A stretch of DNA of 64,000 nt, taken from NCBI GenBank assembly GCA_947449135.1, contig CANFQO010000008.1:2129-66128 (forward strand). Direction: 5' to 3'. Shown here in pieces: positions 1 to 9,183 of the stretch (its first letter is position 1; the number at the start of each line of letters is the position of its first letter). The DNA comes from Planctomycetaceae bacterium. Lineage in GTDB: Bacteria > Planctomycetota > Planctomycetia > Pirellulales > UBA1268. Both the position numbers and the translations under genes were made by a program. The notes beneath the pieces were generated by a model. That model did not search any database and was not told where the DNA came from. It worked only from the letters and a program-made list of their open reading frames with translations.

Positions 1-2079
1 GGTCCGGCCGGCATGCTGGTCACGCTCAGCAGTCGTGGTGCGGCGGTGGAGCGAATCGAATTGGCCAGCGAGAGCTTCCACGATCAGGACGACCGCTCCG
101 GCTACATCGGCCACATGGCGCTCGAGGCGGCGGCAGACGGGGGTTGTCGGATCGGTGTTGTCGGGCCCGGCACGCCTGCTGATCGGGCCGGCCTCCGGCC
201 AGACGACATCATCACGCAGGTCGGCGGCTCGCCTACGCCCAACCCGCGCAGTCTGCATGACGCCCTGGCGGCCACCCACCCCGGCCATTCCGTGGCGGTG
301 GAAGTTCGTAGGGAAGGTCAGACGGTCACTCGGGACGTCATGCTGGAGAGGCGGCCGCTCGAGGTGGTACGGCCGGAGTATCGCACACTGCCCGTGGTCG
401 ATCCCGATGCCGAGCCGTGCGATCCGCTGTCATTTCGGCTATCGCTCGAGGGCCGCGATGGCGGCAAGCGGAGCGAGCCGTTGCTCGAGATCCCAGGGCA
501 GGAACTGGCAGATCGTGACTGGCAGAGCGAGGCGGACGCCGATGGCCGTAGGGTGCGTTTCACGCGGCGACTGCCAGGCGGGCTGACGGTGGCAAAGGAA
601 TACCGTCTCGTCGCAGCCCCTGTCGGTGACAATGAGCAGGCCGGAGGAGCGAGCGGGCCCGCGCAGCGGCTCGAGCTCGTGGTCGAACTGACCGGTGGCG
701 ATCGGCCAACTCGCGTGGCCTACGCCCTTGATGGCCCAACGGGCCTGCCCACCGAAGGCTGGTGGTATGCCTCACGGATCGCTCGTGACTGGGGCACGCT
801 CGCCGTCCGCGACGTGGCTATGCGGTTTGCGGGGGAGCAGAGCACGCTGGTGAGCGGGCTCAAGATGGCCGATGGCACGCTCGACCATCCCGCCTCAGCG
901 GTCCGCGATGCCAAGCCTCTGTCGTTCGCCGGTGTCGATGCCCTCTACTTTGCCTCTGCTTTGATTCCAGCCGCCTCCGGACCCGATGCTCCCGCCCTCG
1001 ATGAGGTGCGGCCTCTGGTCGTGGGAGACATCCCAGTCGCGGCCCGTCGGAAGCTCGTCGATGTCACCTGCCGACTCGTTTCGAGAGAGCTGGCTGTTGA
1101 GCCGGGTGCGACGGTGTCCCACCGCTACGAGATCTTCGCCGGGCCCAAGAAGCCCGAACTGCTGGCACGGTATGGCGAGAAGACCGCCGCGATGGACGAC
1201 CTCGTCTACTACGGTTGGTTTGGGTGGGTGGCCCGGCCGATGATTGCAGTGCTCCACGCCCTGCATGCCGTCATCGGCAATTACGGAATTGCGATCCTGC
1301 TGCTGACGGTGCTCGTCCGAGGGGCAATGTTTCCGGTGAGCCGAAAGCAGGCGCTCTCGTCGCAGAAGATGCAGGTGCTTCAGCCGGAGATGAAGGCGAT
1401 CGCAGAGAAGTACAAGAACGAGCCGGAGAAGCGGACGAAGGCGACGCAGGAACTCTGGCGGAAGCACGACTACAACCCGATGGGTGGCTGCCTGCTCGTC
1501 TTCATCCAGATCCCGATCTTCATGGGGCTCTACCGGTCGCTGGCCACCGACATCGAACTGCGGCAGGCGCCGCTTTTCAGTTCGGCGATGCGCTGGTGTT
1601 CCAACCTCGCCGCCCCCGACATGTTTTATGACTGGTCGAAGCTGCTGCCGCCGTTCCTGTCGGCGCCGGAAGCCTGGCTGGGGCCCTATCTCAATCTCTT
1701 TCCGCTGGCGACGATCGGCCTGTTTCTCTGGCAGCAGCAGCTCTTCATGCCGCCGGCAGTAGACGAGCAGGCGAAGGTGCAGCAGCAGGTGATGAAGTAC
1801 ATGATGTTTTTCATGGCGCTGATGTTCTTCAAGGTGCCGTGCGGCCTCTGTCTCTACTTCATCGCGTCGAGCCTCTGGGGAATTGCGGAGCGTCTCTGGC
1901 TGCCGCATACCCTCCCAGCCACCGCGGCTGCGGGCGTGGCTTCCGATGGCGGCGGTGCGGTCTCCGGACTTGGCCGGGTGATCAACGTGCCATTCGCAAA
2001 ACTCGGCGGCAAGGAGCCGCCCGTGCCGGCGGGCGACGCAACGCGGCAGAAGCGGCAGTCGCGGAAGAAGCAGCGCTGA
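1..2079 (+). CDS. yidC: YidC/Oxa1-family membrane protein insertase; 5' end probably truncated by the window edge; PDZ-like insert in the periplasmic domain
   Basis: ORF 13..2079, with the frame open back to nt 1. The C-terminal half has the YidC core (GIAILLLTVLVRGAMFPVSRKQ, MQVLQPEMKAIAEKYK, NPMGGCLLVFIQIPIFMGLYR). The conserved yidC-mnmE neighbourhood is present. Confidence 0.9.
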   Translation, partial: GPAGMLVTLSSRGAAVERIELASESFHDQDDRSGYIGHMALEAAADGGCRIGVVGPGTPADRAGLRPDDIITQVGGSPTPNPRSLHDALAATHPGHSVAVEVRREGQTVTRDVMLERRPLEVVRPEYRTLPVVDPDAEPCDPLSFRLSLEGRDGGKRSEPLLEIPGQELADRDWQSEADADGRRVRFTRRLPGGLTVAKEYRLVAAPVGDNEQAGGASGPAQRLELVVELTGGDRPTRVAYALDGPTGLPTEGWWYASRIARDWGTLAVRDVAMRFAGEQSTLVSGLKMADGTLDHPASAVRDAKPLSFAGVDALYFASALIPAASGPDAPALDEVRPLVVGDIPVAARRKLVDVTCRLVSRELAVEPGATVSHRYEIFAGPKKPELLARYGEKTAAMDDLVYYGWFGWVARPMIAVLHALHAVIGNYGIAILLLTVLVRGAMFPVSRKQALSSQKMQVLQPEMKAIAEKYKNEPEKRTKATQELWRKHDYNPMGGCLLVFIQIPIFMGLYRSLATDIELRQAPLFSSAMRWCSNLAAPDMFYDWSKLLPPFLSAPEAWLGPYLNLFPLATIGLFLWQQQLFMPPAVDEQAKVQQQVMKYMMFFMALMFFKVPCGLCLYFIASSLWGIAERLWLPHTLPATAAAGVASDGGGAVSGLGRVINVPFAKLGGKEPPVPAGDATRQKRQSRKKQR

Positions 2080-2097
2080 CCGTCTCCCGCAGGGATA

Positions 2098-2530
2098 ATG
2101 CAGTTGCTGATATGCCGCATTGGTTCGCAGGTCTGCGGCATGCTCGTCGCCGGCGGATTCTGCTACGGGAGGCTCTTGGACGAATCGTGCATCGCTCGTG
2201 AGTCGCAGAATTCACCGGACTCCTGCGCGTGCCTCCGACCGGCTCCTCAGCATCTGTTTTTACGCAAAACACGACATCGTGTCGTTTTTGCTTGGCCGAC
2301 CTCCGTCGGCTGGTGCTTACCCGGCCCTCCGGGCCTGACCCATCTTGCGCGTGCCTCCGATCGGCTCCTCAGCATCTGTTTTTACGCAAAACACGACATC
2401 GTGTCGCAATGCCGGGCGGAAGCCTGGCTGGAGTCAGCGCTTGGCCGACCTCCGTCGGCTGGTGCTTACCCGGCCCTCCGGGCCTGACCCATCCTGCGCG
2501 TGCCTCCGACCGGCTCCTCAGCATCGGAAG
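2098..2530. repeat. Intergenic modular repeat (families A/B): a ~110-bp module shared with 27236-27345, followed by about 2.3 tandem units of 123/138 bp
   Basis: ctgcggcatgctcgtcgccggcggattctgctacgggaggctcttgga recurs at 2133 and 27236. The unit start tgcgcgtgcctccga(c/t)cggctcctcagcatc recurs at 2224, 2346 and 2484. Confidence 0.9.
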
Positions 2531-2656
2531 ATTGGAAGCGTGCGTGCGCTGATGATGAGGAACAAGCGGCAGATTGCGTGCGATTGTCATCCTGTGCTTT
2601 TTTCCGCACACTGAAACGTCTCCTCCGGCACATTGACCGACGGACGCTGCTTCCAA

Positions 2657-3268
2657 ATGATTCTCTCTGTCGGCCTCCTTTTTGTGTGCGTCCTGTTCCT
2701 GCTCTGGCACGAGCCTTGGTTCGGGCGGCGGCTGCAGCCGGGCGAGGCGGCCAGGCTCTTGGGCGGGAAGTACGACGATCTCAGCCCTGCCGAGCGGGAA
2801 CGCTTTCAGGCCTTCATGGACGCCGACGACGGTCGGCCGTTCTACATGGTCAACCTGATGGAGTATCGCGAGCGGGCCGACTATCGTCCCGGCACGGCGC
2901 TCAACGGTTCGACACCCACCGGCATCATCAGTGGCCGCGATGCGGGCTGGCTCTACTCGCGGGCCGTCCTCCCTGAACTGCTCAAGCGGGGCTGCTATCC
3001 CGTCTTCGTCGCCGGCAAGATCACGAATCTCCTCAGTGCGGGCAGCGGCAGCGACTTCTTCGAGGACGTCGCCATCGTGCGGTATCGCAGCCGTCGCGAC
3101 ATGCTGTCGATGGTGGCCAGCCCCGCCTTTCTCCACGCCGTGCCGCACAAGTGGGCGTCGCTCGAGAAGACGGTCGCGGTGCCATGCCGCCGTCTCCTGC
3201 TCATCGATCCAGGCGTGCTCGTGCCGCTCGTGCTCCTGGCCTTCTGGCTGCTGTTTCGACATGGCTAA
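2657..3268 (+). CDS. Hypothetical membrane-anchored protein, possibly DUF1330-like (weak)
   Basis: ORF 2633..3268; ATG at 2657 gives an N-terminal TM helix (MILSVGLLFVCVLFLLW) and there is a C-terminal hydrophobic helix. The stretch FEDVAIVRYRSRRDMLSMVASPAF resembles the DUF1330 fold signature. Confidence 0.5.
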   Translation: MILSVGLLFVCVLFLLWHEPWFGRRLQPGEAARLLGGKYDDLSPAERERFQAFMDADDGRPFYMVNLMEYRERADYRPGTALNGSTPTGIISGRDAGWLYSRAVLPELLKRGCYPVFVAGKITNLLSAGSGSDFFEDVAIVRYRSRRDMLSMVASPAFLHAVPHKWASLEKTVAVPCRRLLLIDPGVLVPLVLLAFWLLFRHG

Positions 3269-3289
3269 CAGGCTCCTGGGAGTGCACCC

Positions 3290-4735
3290 ATGTGGTCCGT
3301 TCACGAACTGATCGTCGCCCCTGCCACTGCCCGGGGGGCTGGTGCACGGGCCGTGGTAAGGCTTTCCGGGGAGGGGCTCGACGGTCTGCTAACGCACCTT
3401 TTTGCCGCCGAGGGTCGTGGCTTGGTGCGGCCGGGTGAGCAGCCTCGGCTGGTGGCGGCCCGGCTCGCTGCATCTGCACTGATGACCGAGTGGGGTGAGT
3501 TGCCGGTCGAGATCCTCCACTGGCTTGGACCGCATGGGCCGACCGGCGGACCGCTGGCTGAGGTGCAGTTGCCCGCGTCGGGGCCGCTGGTCGACGCCGT
3601 CATTGCAGAGGCGTGCCGGCACGGCGCCCGGCTGGCCCGCGGCGGCGAATTTTCCCTACGGTCGTTTCTCGCCGGTCGGCTCGATCTCCTCCAGGCAGAG
3701 GCGGTGCTGGCTGTTGTGGAGGCCAAGACGCCCGTCGAACTCTCCGCCGCGCTGGACAGAATGGCCGGCGGCGTGGGCCGCACGCTCCAGAGTCTGCGGG
3801 AGACGCTGCTCGACCTCACGGCCGATATCGAGGCCGCGATCGACTTCGCCGACGAGCACACGCCCGACTCGGTGCCGGTTGCAGATGAGCGGGCCTGGAC
3901 GGCGATCGAGGCGAGGCTGGTGGCTGCCGGCGAGGATCTCGATGCGGTCTCGGCCCGGCTCGCCAGTCGCGATGCCAGTGCTGTCGCAGATCTGCCCCGA
4001 GTGGTGCTCATGGGATCACCCAACATCGGCAAGAGCAGCCTCTTCAATGCCCTCGTCGGTCGGGATGCTGCCCTCGTGGCGAACGAGCCGGGCACCACGC
4101 GGGATTGGATCGCCGCCCGACTCGATGCCGATTCGACCGAGCCTGCCTGCCTGCTCGTCGACGTGGCCGGGATCGTTGATGTCGTGGCTGACGGTTGGGC
4201 GGACGGTATCGGCATGACCGCTGCTCATGGCTCGGTCGAACAAGCGGCAGCGGAGCGGGCGAGGGCGGAGATTGCCCGAGCTGACGTGGTGGTGGTCTGC
4301 ATTGATGCGGCGGCAGCGGGCGTGATGACCCTACCACGATTGCCGCCTGCGACGCCACGAATCGACGTGCTGACGCGGTGCGATCTGGTCATGCTGACAG
4401 GGCTTCCTGAATTCGCGTCGTCATACGCCACGAGCAGTCGCTCCGGTGCCGGCATTGCCGCGCTCAAGTCTGCGATTCTCAGTGCCGTGGCCGATCTGCC
4501 TGGTGGCCGGTCGCCGGCGACGTTGCGGATGCAGGTGGGGGTGTCGGCTGCCCGGGAGGCGGTCGCGGCAGCGGGAGAAGCTGCGGGTGCAGTAGACAGC
4601 GGTAAAACGCATGACGAGGCGATCGTGGCCGGCCTGCTCCATCAGGCGGTGGCTGCGCTCGGCGAGGTGACCGGTGTCGAACTCGGCACCGACATCATCG
4701 ACCGGATCTTCTCGCGGCACTGCATCGGCAAGTGA
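3290..4735 (+). CDS. mnmE: tRNA modification GTPase MnmE/TrmE
   Basis: G1 motif GSPNIGKSSLFNAL, G domain TTRD, and the diagnostic C-terminal tetrapeptide CIGK at the end of the ORF. It lies downstream of yidC. Confidence 0.92.
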   Translation: MWSVHELIVAPATARGAGARAVVRLSGEGLDGLLTHLFAAEGRGLVRPGEQPRLVAARLAASALMTEWGELPVEILHWLGPHGPTGGPLAEVQLPASGPLVDAVIAEACRHGARLARGGEFSLRSFLAGRLDLLQAEAVLAVVEAKTPVELSAALDRMAGGVGRTLQSLRETLLDLTADIEAAIDFADEHTPDSVPVADERAWTAIEARLVAAGEDLDAVSARLASRDASAVADLPRVVLMGSPNIGKSSLFNALVGRDAALVANEPGTTRDWIAARLDADSTEPACLLVDVAGIVDVVADGWADGIGMTAAHGSVEQAAAERARAEIARADVVVVCIDAAAAGVMTLPRLPPATPRIDVLTRCDLVMLTGLPEFASSYATSSRSGAGIAALKSAILSAVADLPGGRSPATLRMQVGVSAAREAVAAAGEAAGAVDSGKTHDEAIVAGLLHQAVAALGEVTGVELGTDIIDRIFSRHCIGK

Positions 4736-4804
4736 GATGTTTCACCGTATTCACTGACCGCGGCGGCTTGGGCCGATCGCCGGATGTCGAATGCGATGAA
4801 GTCG

Positions 4805-6913
4805 CTAAGACCGCTTTGATCGTCCGCGGCGGGCAGGGCCGCGGGCGGCGGGGGCGGATTCGCCCGGACGTGTTCCTGTCGGCGGCCCGCCCGCCGGCTC
4901 GTCGGTGAACTTCTCCGCCTGCCCGGTGAGCTCGTAGAGAAAGCGACTTGGACGGCAGGGCTTGCTCTTGCCCCACTTCATCCGCGTCAGACAGAGCGAG
5001 AGGGCGAGCCGTTTCTTCGCGCGGGTGACGCCCACGTAGCAGAGTCGCCGCTCTTCGTCGATCGCCTGCAGGCCGTCGTTGAGCGAGCGGTGGTGCGGCA
5101 GCAAGCCCTCTTCCATCCCCACCATCCAGACGCATTCGAACTCGAGCCCCTTCGCGGAATGGAGCGTCATCAGGCGGAGCACGTTGCCCTTCGGCTTGTC
5201 CGAACGGAATCGCTCTGCCTCCGTCACGTCAAGCACGAGGTCGTCGAGAAACCCGCGCACGAGCCCGGCGAAATCGGGCGTCTTGCCAGCGTGCTGCGCT
5301 TTCCAAGACCGCTCGTGGTCTGCCAGCGCATTGACCATCTGCTCCACGCAGTCCCACCTCGCCTCCTGCTCGGAGGGATCATCCTCGTATTCCTTCTGCA
5401 GAAATCCGCGGTAGCCGATCAATTCCAGCAGCGTTCGCAGCGTCTCGCCGGCGCCCCTCGCTGCCGCTGCTTCCCGCAGCGCGATGGCCCGCTCGAGCGC
5501 CATCACGCCCGCCGTCGCCGCGGGGGAGAGCCGATGAGCATCGCGGGCGGCGAGCAGTTCCTTCCAGAGGCTGTGGCCGGCGAGGGTGGCGGCACTTCTC
5601 GATGCCTGCACTGTCGTCCCGGAGAGACCTCGAGGCGGCACGTTGGCGACCCGCGATAGCGCGAGGTCGTCGTCGGGATCGACGAGCACCCGCAACAACC
5701 CCATCACATCCTTCACCTCGCGTCGGTCGAAGAAGGAGCGGCTGCCGATGAGCTCGTAGGGAATGCCGCGGCGACGAAGTTCCTGTTCGAACACACGGGT
5801 CTGCTCGCCGGTGCGAAAGAGAATCACAGCCTCGGCTGGTGCGACCGATCCTTCCTTCAATCGGGCTTCGAGATCGCTCACCACCCGGCGTGATTCGTCG
5901 ATCTCGTCCTGGGCCTGCACGATCGCCGGCGGCGGCCCGGATGGCGCCTTGGAGACGAGCGTCTTGCCGTGCCGCCGCGAGTTGCGGGCGATCAGTGTGT
6001 TGGCCGCATGGATGATTTCCGGTGTCGAGCGGTAGTTCTCCTCCAGCCGCACGACCGTTGCTTCCGGCCAGCGGCGGGGAAATTCGAGAATGTGCGAGAT
6101 CTCGGCACCGCGCCAGGCATAGATCGACTGGTCGTCGTCGCCCACCACGCACAGGCTCCTGTGGTCGCGGGCCAGCGCCGCCACGATCCGTTCTTGGATG
6201 CCGCTGGTGTCCTGGTATTCGTCGACGAGCAGGTGATCGAATCGGGACGCCTCGGCCTTTCGAACGTCTTCGTGCTCGGCGAAGAGGTCGTCGACGACGA
6301 GCAGCAGGTCGTCGAAGTCGACGGCGCCCGTTGTTCGCAGGGCCTGCTGGTAGCGGCGGTATCCCGCGGCGGCCAGTTCCCAGGAATCACCAGCATCGGC
6401 GGGGAGCGTTGCGAACGCGCCGTCTGGACGCACCGCCGCGCTCTTCCAGCGGCTGATCCTGTCGAGCAGGTCGCCAGGGCGAAGCGTGGCCTCCGGCACC
6501 TTCAGTTCCTTGAGCACCTTCCGGGCGGCCGTTTCCTGCTCGCCGCGGTCGATGATGGCAAACCGGCCCGGGAGCCCCACCCGCGACGCATGCCGCCTGA
6601 GGATGCGGACGCAGAGCGAGTGGATGGTCGAGATCTCAGGCTTGTCGTCGTCCTTCGTCTTGAGCAGCTTGGCGGCCCGCGCGAGCATCTCCTTTGCGGC
6701 CTTGTTCGTGAAGGTGACGGCCAGGATTCGCGAGGGCCGCGTGCCACGCCAGACGAGGTGGGCGATCCGGGCGATGACAACGCGGGTCTTGCCGGTGCCT
6801 GCGCCGGCGAGGACCAGGAGCGGGCCCACCGGCGCCTGCACTGCCTGAATCTGCGCCGGATTGAGTCCGGTGGAACGTGTCTGCGGGGTGGTGGAAGTGA
6901 CAGTGGGATTCAT
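4805..6913 (-). CDS. UvrD/Rep/PcrA-family ATP-dependent DNA helicase
   Basis: LNPAQIQAV followed by Walker A AGAGTGKT, DEYQDT (motif II), and the VGDDDQSIYAWRGA and LEENYRS motifs. Confidence 0.9.
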   Translation of the reverse strand: MNPTVTSTTPQTRSTGLNPAQIQAVQAPVGPLLVLAGAGTGKTRVVIARIAHLVWRGTRPSRILAVTFTNKAAKEMLARAAKLLKTKDDDKPEISTIHSLCVRILRRHASRVGLPGRFAIIDRGEQETAARKVLKELKVPEATLRPGDLLDRISRWKSAAVRPDGAFATLPADAGDSWELAAAGYRRYQQALRTTGAVDFDDLLLVVDDLFAEHEDVRKAEASRFDHLLVDEYQDTSGIQERIVAALARDHRSLCVVGDDDQSIYAWRGAEISHILEFPRRWPEATVVRLEENYRSTPEIIHAANTLIARNSRRHGKTLVSKAPSGPPPAIVQAQDEIDESRRVVSDLEARLKEGSVAPAEAVILFRTGEQTRVFEQELRRRGIPYELIGSRSFFDRREVKDVMGLLRVLVDPDDDLALSRVANVPPRGLSGTTVQASRSAATLAGHSLWKELLAARDAHRLSPAATAGVMALERAIALREAAAARGAGETLRTLLELIGYRGFLQKEYEDDPSEQEARWDCVEQMVNALADHERSWKAQHAGKTPDFAGLVRGFLDDLVLDVTEAERFRSDKPKGNVLRLMTLHSAKGLEFECVWMVGMEEGLLPHHRSLNDGLQAIDEERRLCYVGVTRAKKRLALSLCLTRMKWGKSKPCRPSRFLYELTGQAEKFTDEPAGGPPTGTRPGESAPAARGPARRGRSKRS

Positions 6914-7058
6914 TGAACACGGAATCTAGCAGATGCCGGCAGAGTCCGGCTTGACGCTCCGCGGCGGGAAGTCTCTATTTCCCTGCTTGTGACCGCGGCC
7001 AATGTTCCCTCTGGTTGGGAGCCGTCGGCCGCGGTCGCCACGAGGCCAGGAGCACGCC

Positions 7059-7880
7059 GTGAAGAAATCATCACACAACCGTCGCAGAAGGCCCGGCTCG
7101 CCATCTGGAGCGGCGTCTGGAGCAGAAGGTCGATCCCGGCTGTCGTCCGACGAGGCAACCGGGCTTGATGCCGACCGCGTGGACATGGCCCTGGCGGAGG
7201 AAGAGCTTGGCGACAACGACCTCGCCGATGCGACGCTGGCGATCGTCGATCGCGTGCGGCCCTACTTCGGCACGATCCTGGCGGGGCTCGCCGTGGCCCT
7301 GGCAGCCTTCGTTGCCTTTGCCATGGTCTCGTCGCAGTCAGAGGTGACCCGCCAGCAGAGCTGGGATGCCTGCCTTGCTGCCATGTCAACGGGTGACGTG
7401 GAATCGTTCACTGAGGTGGTCCGGCGGTATCCGGGCACCGATGCCGCCCGCTGGGCCGAGTTGATGATGGCCGACGCAGCGGCCGCGCAGGGAAGCGAAC
7501 TGCTTTTTGTCGACCGTTCGCGGGCGGAGGGCCGTCTGCAGGCGGCTGTGGAAGCCTATTCCGTGTTGATGGCGGCTAAGCCAAAGGGATTGCTCGGGGA
7601 AAGGGCTGTCTTTGGACTGGCAAAGGCCCGAGAAAGCCTCGGTCAACTGGCCGAGGCCCAACGTGGCTACGAGGCGGTCGCGGCTGAATTTCCGACAGAC
7701 ACACTGGCCCAGGTTGCGGCCGGTCGGGCGGCAGAACTTAATCGCGAGTCGACGCGTCAGTGGTACGATTGGTTTGGAGCCCAGAAGATCGCGCCGCCGG
7801 CCCCTGCCACCAATGCTGCCAATCCCGCCAACGCCGAGCTCGCACCAGCAACCCCAGCCGAGCCCGCCGCTGGTCAATAG
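7059..7880 (+). CDS. Hypothetical single-pass membrane protein with a TPR/YfgM-like helical domain and a Pro/Ala-rich tail
   Basis: ORF 7002..7880. AGGAG at 7048-7052 lies 6 nt upstream of GTG 7059. TM helix ILAGLAVALAAFVAFAMV. The start is uncertain (ATG 7185 is also possible). Confidence 0.5.
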   Translation: MKKSSHNRRRRPGSPSGAASGAEGRSRLSSDEATGLDADRVDMALAEEELGDNDLADATLAIVDRVRPYFGTILAGLAVALAAFVAFAMVSSQSEVTRQQSWDACLAAMSTGDVESFTEVVRRYPGTDAARWAELMMADAAAAQGSELLFVDRSRAEGRLQAAVEAYSVLMAAKPKGLLGERAVFGLAKARESLGQLAEAQRGYEAVAAEFPTDTLAQVAAGRAAELNRESTRQWYDWFGAQKIAPPAPATNAANPANAELAPATPAEPAAGQ

Positions 7881-7941
7881 CGACGACACCGACCTTGTCT
7901 CCGCTGATGGCGAGCGAGGGGACGACGTGGAGTCGGCTGCC

Positions 7942-8976
7942 ATGGCTGCGGAGCCGCCGGCAGCATCTCTGGGCAGCTTCGAGCCCGGCACCGAAGTCGT
8001 GCTGACCGCCGACGCCGACTCTGCGGGCACGCGGCTCGATGTCTTTCTTGCGCGAACGTTTCCGGAGCAGAGCCGGTCGTTCTTGGCGCGGTCCATCGAC
8101 AAGGGTGCCGTGCGGGTGGATGGCGTCGTGGCGCGGGCGTCACACAAACTGCGGGCAGGCATGATCGTCTGCATGACGGTTCCGGAGCCGCCGCGGGCCG
8201 GACCGGCGGCCGAGGAGATTCCGCTGGAGTTCGTGCACCTCGATGAATGGCTCGCGGTCGTGAACAAGCCGGCGGGCATGGTCGTGCATCCCGCCAAGGG
8301 AAACTGGAAGGGCACGCTCGCCGGGGCACTACGGTGGCATCTCGAACGGGCGGATGCCGCTGGCAACGGTGCTTCCGGACTCTCAAACGCCGGAGGTCCG
8401 ACCCGGCCGGGGATCGTTCACCGTCTCGATCGCGATACCAGCGGCGTGATCATCGTGGCTCGAAACGAGGAGGTCCATCACGCTCTTGCGAAACAGTTCG
8501 AGCAGCGAACGGTGACCAAGACCTACCTTGCGATCACGCAGGGGCAGCCACAGTTCGACCGCGATGAAATCAATCTGCCAATCGGGATCCATCCCTACCA
8601 GCGGGAGAAGATGGCCGTTCGTCGGGACCATTCCACCAGCCGTGAGGCCGTGACCCGGTTCGAGGTGCTGGAGCGGTATCGCGGTGCAGCGCTGGTGAAG
8701 GTGGCTCCGAAGACCGGGCGGACGCACCAGATCCGCGTGCATCTTGCGGCCATCGGCTGCCCGGTGCTCTGCGACGGTCTTTACAGCGGCCGCACCCGCA
8801 TCGAACCGGCCTTCTTCGGTCTTGCCGACGACGGGGCCGGCACGGCACTCATCGAGCGGCAGGCACTGCATGCGGCCAGCCTCGCGGTCGACCATCCCGT
8901 GACGCGAGAGCGGATCGAATTCAAGGCTCCGCTCCCAGCCGACATGCAGCGTGTGCTCGATGTGCTGCGGGCTTGA
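7942..8976 (+). CDS. rluD: RluA-family 23S rRNA pseudouridine synthase (RluD-like) with an N-terminal S4 domain
   Basis: HRLDRDTSGVIIVARN catalytic motif, GRTHQIRVHLA, and an S4-like RLDVFLA...VRVDG. ATG 7942 was chosen because the upstream part of ORF 7612.. overlaps the previous gene and is Arg/Pro junk. Confidence 0.85.
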   Translation: MAAEPPAASLGSFEPGTEVVLTADADSAGTRLDVFLARTFPEQSRSFLARSIDKGAVRVDGVVARASHKLRAGMIVCMTVPEPPRAGPAAEEIPLEFVHLDEWLAVVNKPAGMVVHPAKGNWKGTLAGALRWHLERADAAGNGASGLSNAGGPTRPGIVHRLDRDTSGVIIVARNEEVHHALAKQFEQRTVTKTYLAITQGQPQFDRDEINLPIGIHPYQREKMAVRRDHSTSREAVTRFEVLERYRGAALVKVAPKTGRTHQIRVHLAAIGCPVLCDGLYSGRTRIEPAFFGLADDGAGTALIERQALHAASLAVDHPVTRERIEFKAPLPADMQRVLDVLRA

Positions 8977-9183
8977 GTGCCATCCCGTATGCCATGCCGA
9001 TCCGGCATTGCCCAACGACCCGGTGTCCCGTCGCTCCCGCTCCGGGCTTCTATTCGTGGGTAAGAGAAACGTTTGGGGCAACACGCCGTTGGAATAAAAG
9101 CCCTCGGCGGAAGCCGAGGGACTCCGGTTTTGAGCGCCATCCCGTATGCCATGCCGACCCAGGACCAGCCAGCCAGAGGCTGC
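8977..9183. repeat. Family C intergenic repeat (157-bp unit, about 1.3 copies) between convergent genes
   Basis: gccatcccgtatgccatgccga occurs at 8979 and 9136. It is the same unit as 45078-45435 and 28945-29075. Confidence 0.9.
9093..9120 (-). terminator. Intrinsic terminator embedded in the family C repeat
   Basis: Stem ccctcggc/gccgaggg with a GGAA loop. On the minus strand it is followed by CTTTTATT. It lies 64 nt downstream of the GT2 stop. Confidence 0.7.

Noticed and set aside
2221-2525. A CRISPR array (also considered for 28690-28900 and 45078-45435).
   Set aside because: The units are 104-157 bp and directly abut each other with no unique spacers. No cas genes are present. They are tandem/dispersed intergenic repeats.
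2098-2614. A family of small ORFs encoding near-identical peptides (RASDRLLSICFYAKHDIVS..., and similar ones at 27145-27381, 28686-29009, 45088-45586).
   Set aside because: The similarity simply reflects translation of the repeated DNA in several frames and on both strands. There are no start contexts and no frame consistency between copies.
7612-7941. N-terminal extensions implied by the longest ORFs (rluD 7612; lpxA 15434; permease 26061; M16 22582; H-like pseudopilin 61952; POT 48193; GT2 34095).
   Set aside because: The extensions overlap the preceding genes or are Arg/Pro-rich junk. Internal starts give proper signal peptides, prepilin leaders, Shine-Dalgarno spacing or ATGA coupling.
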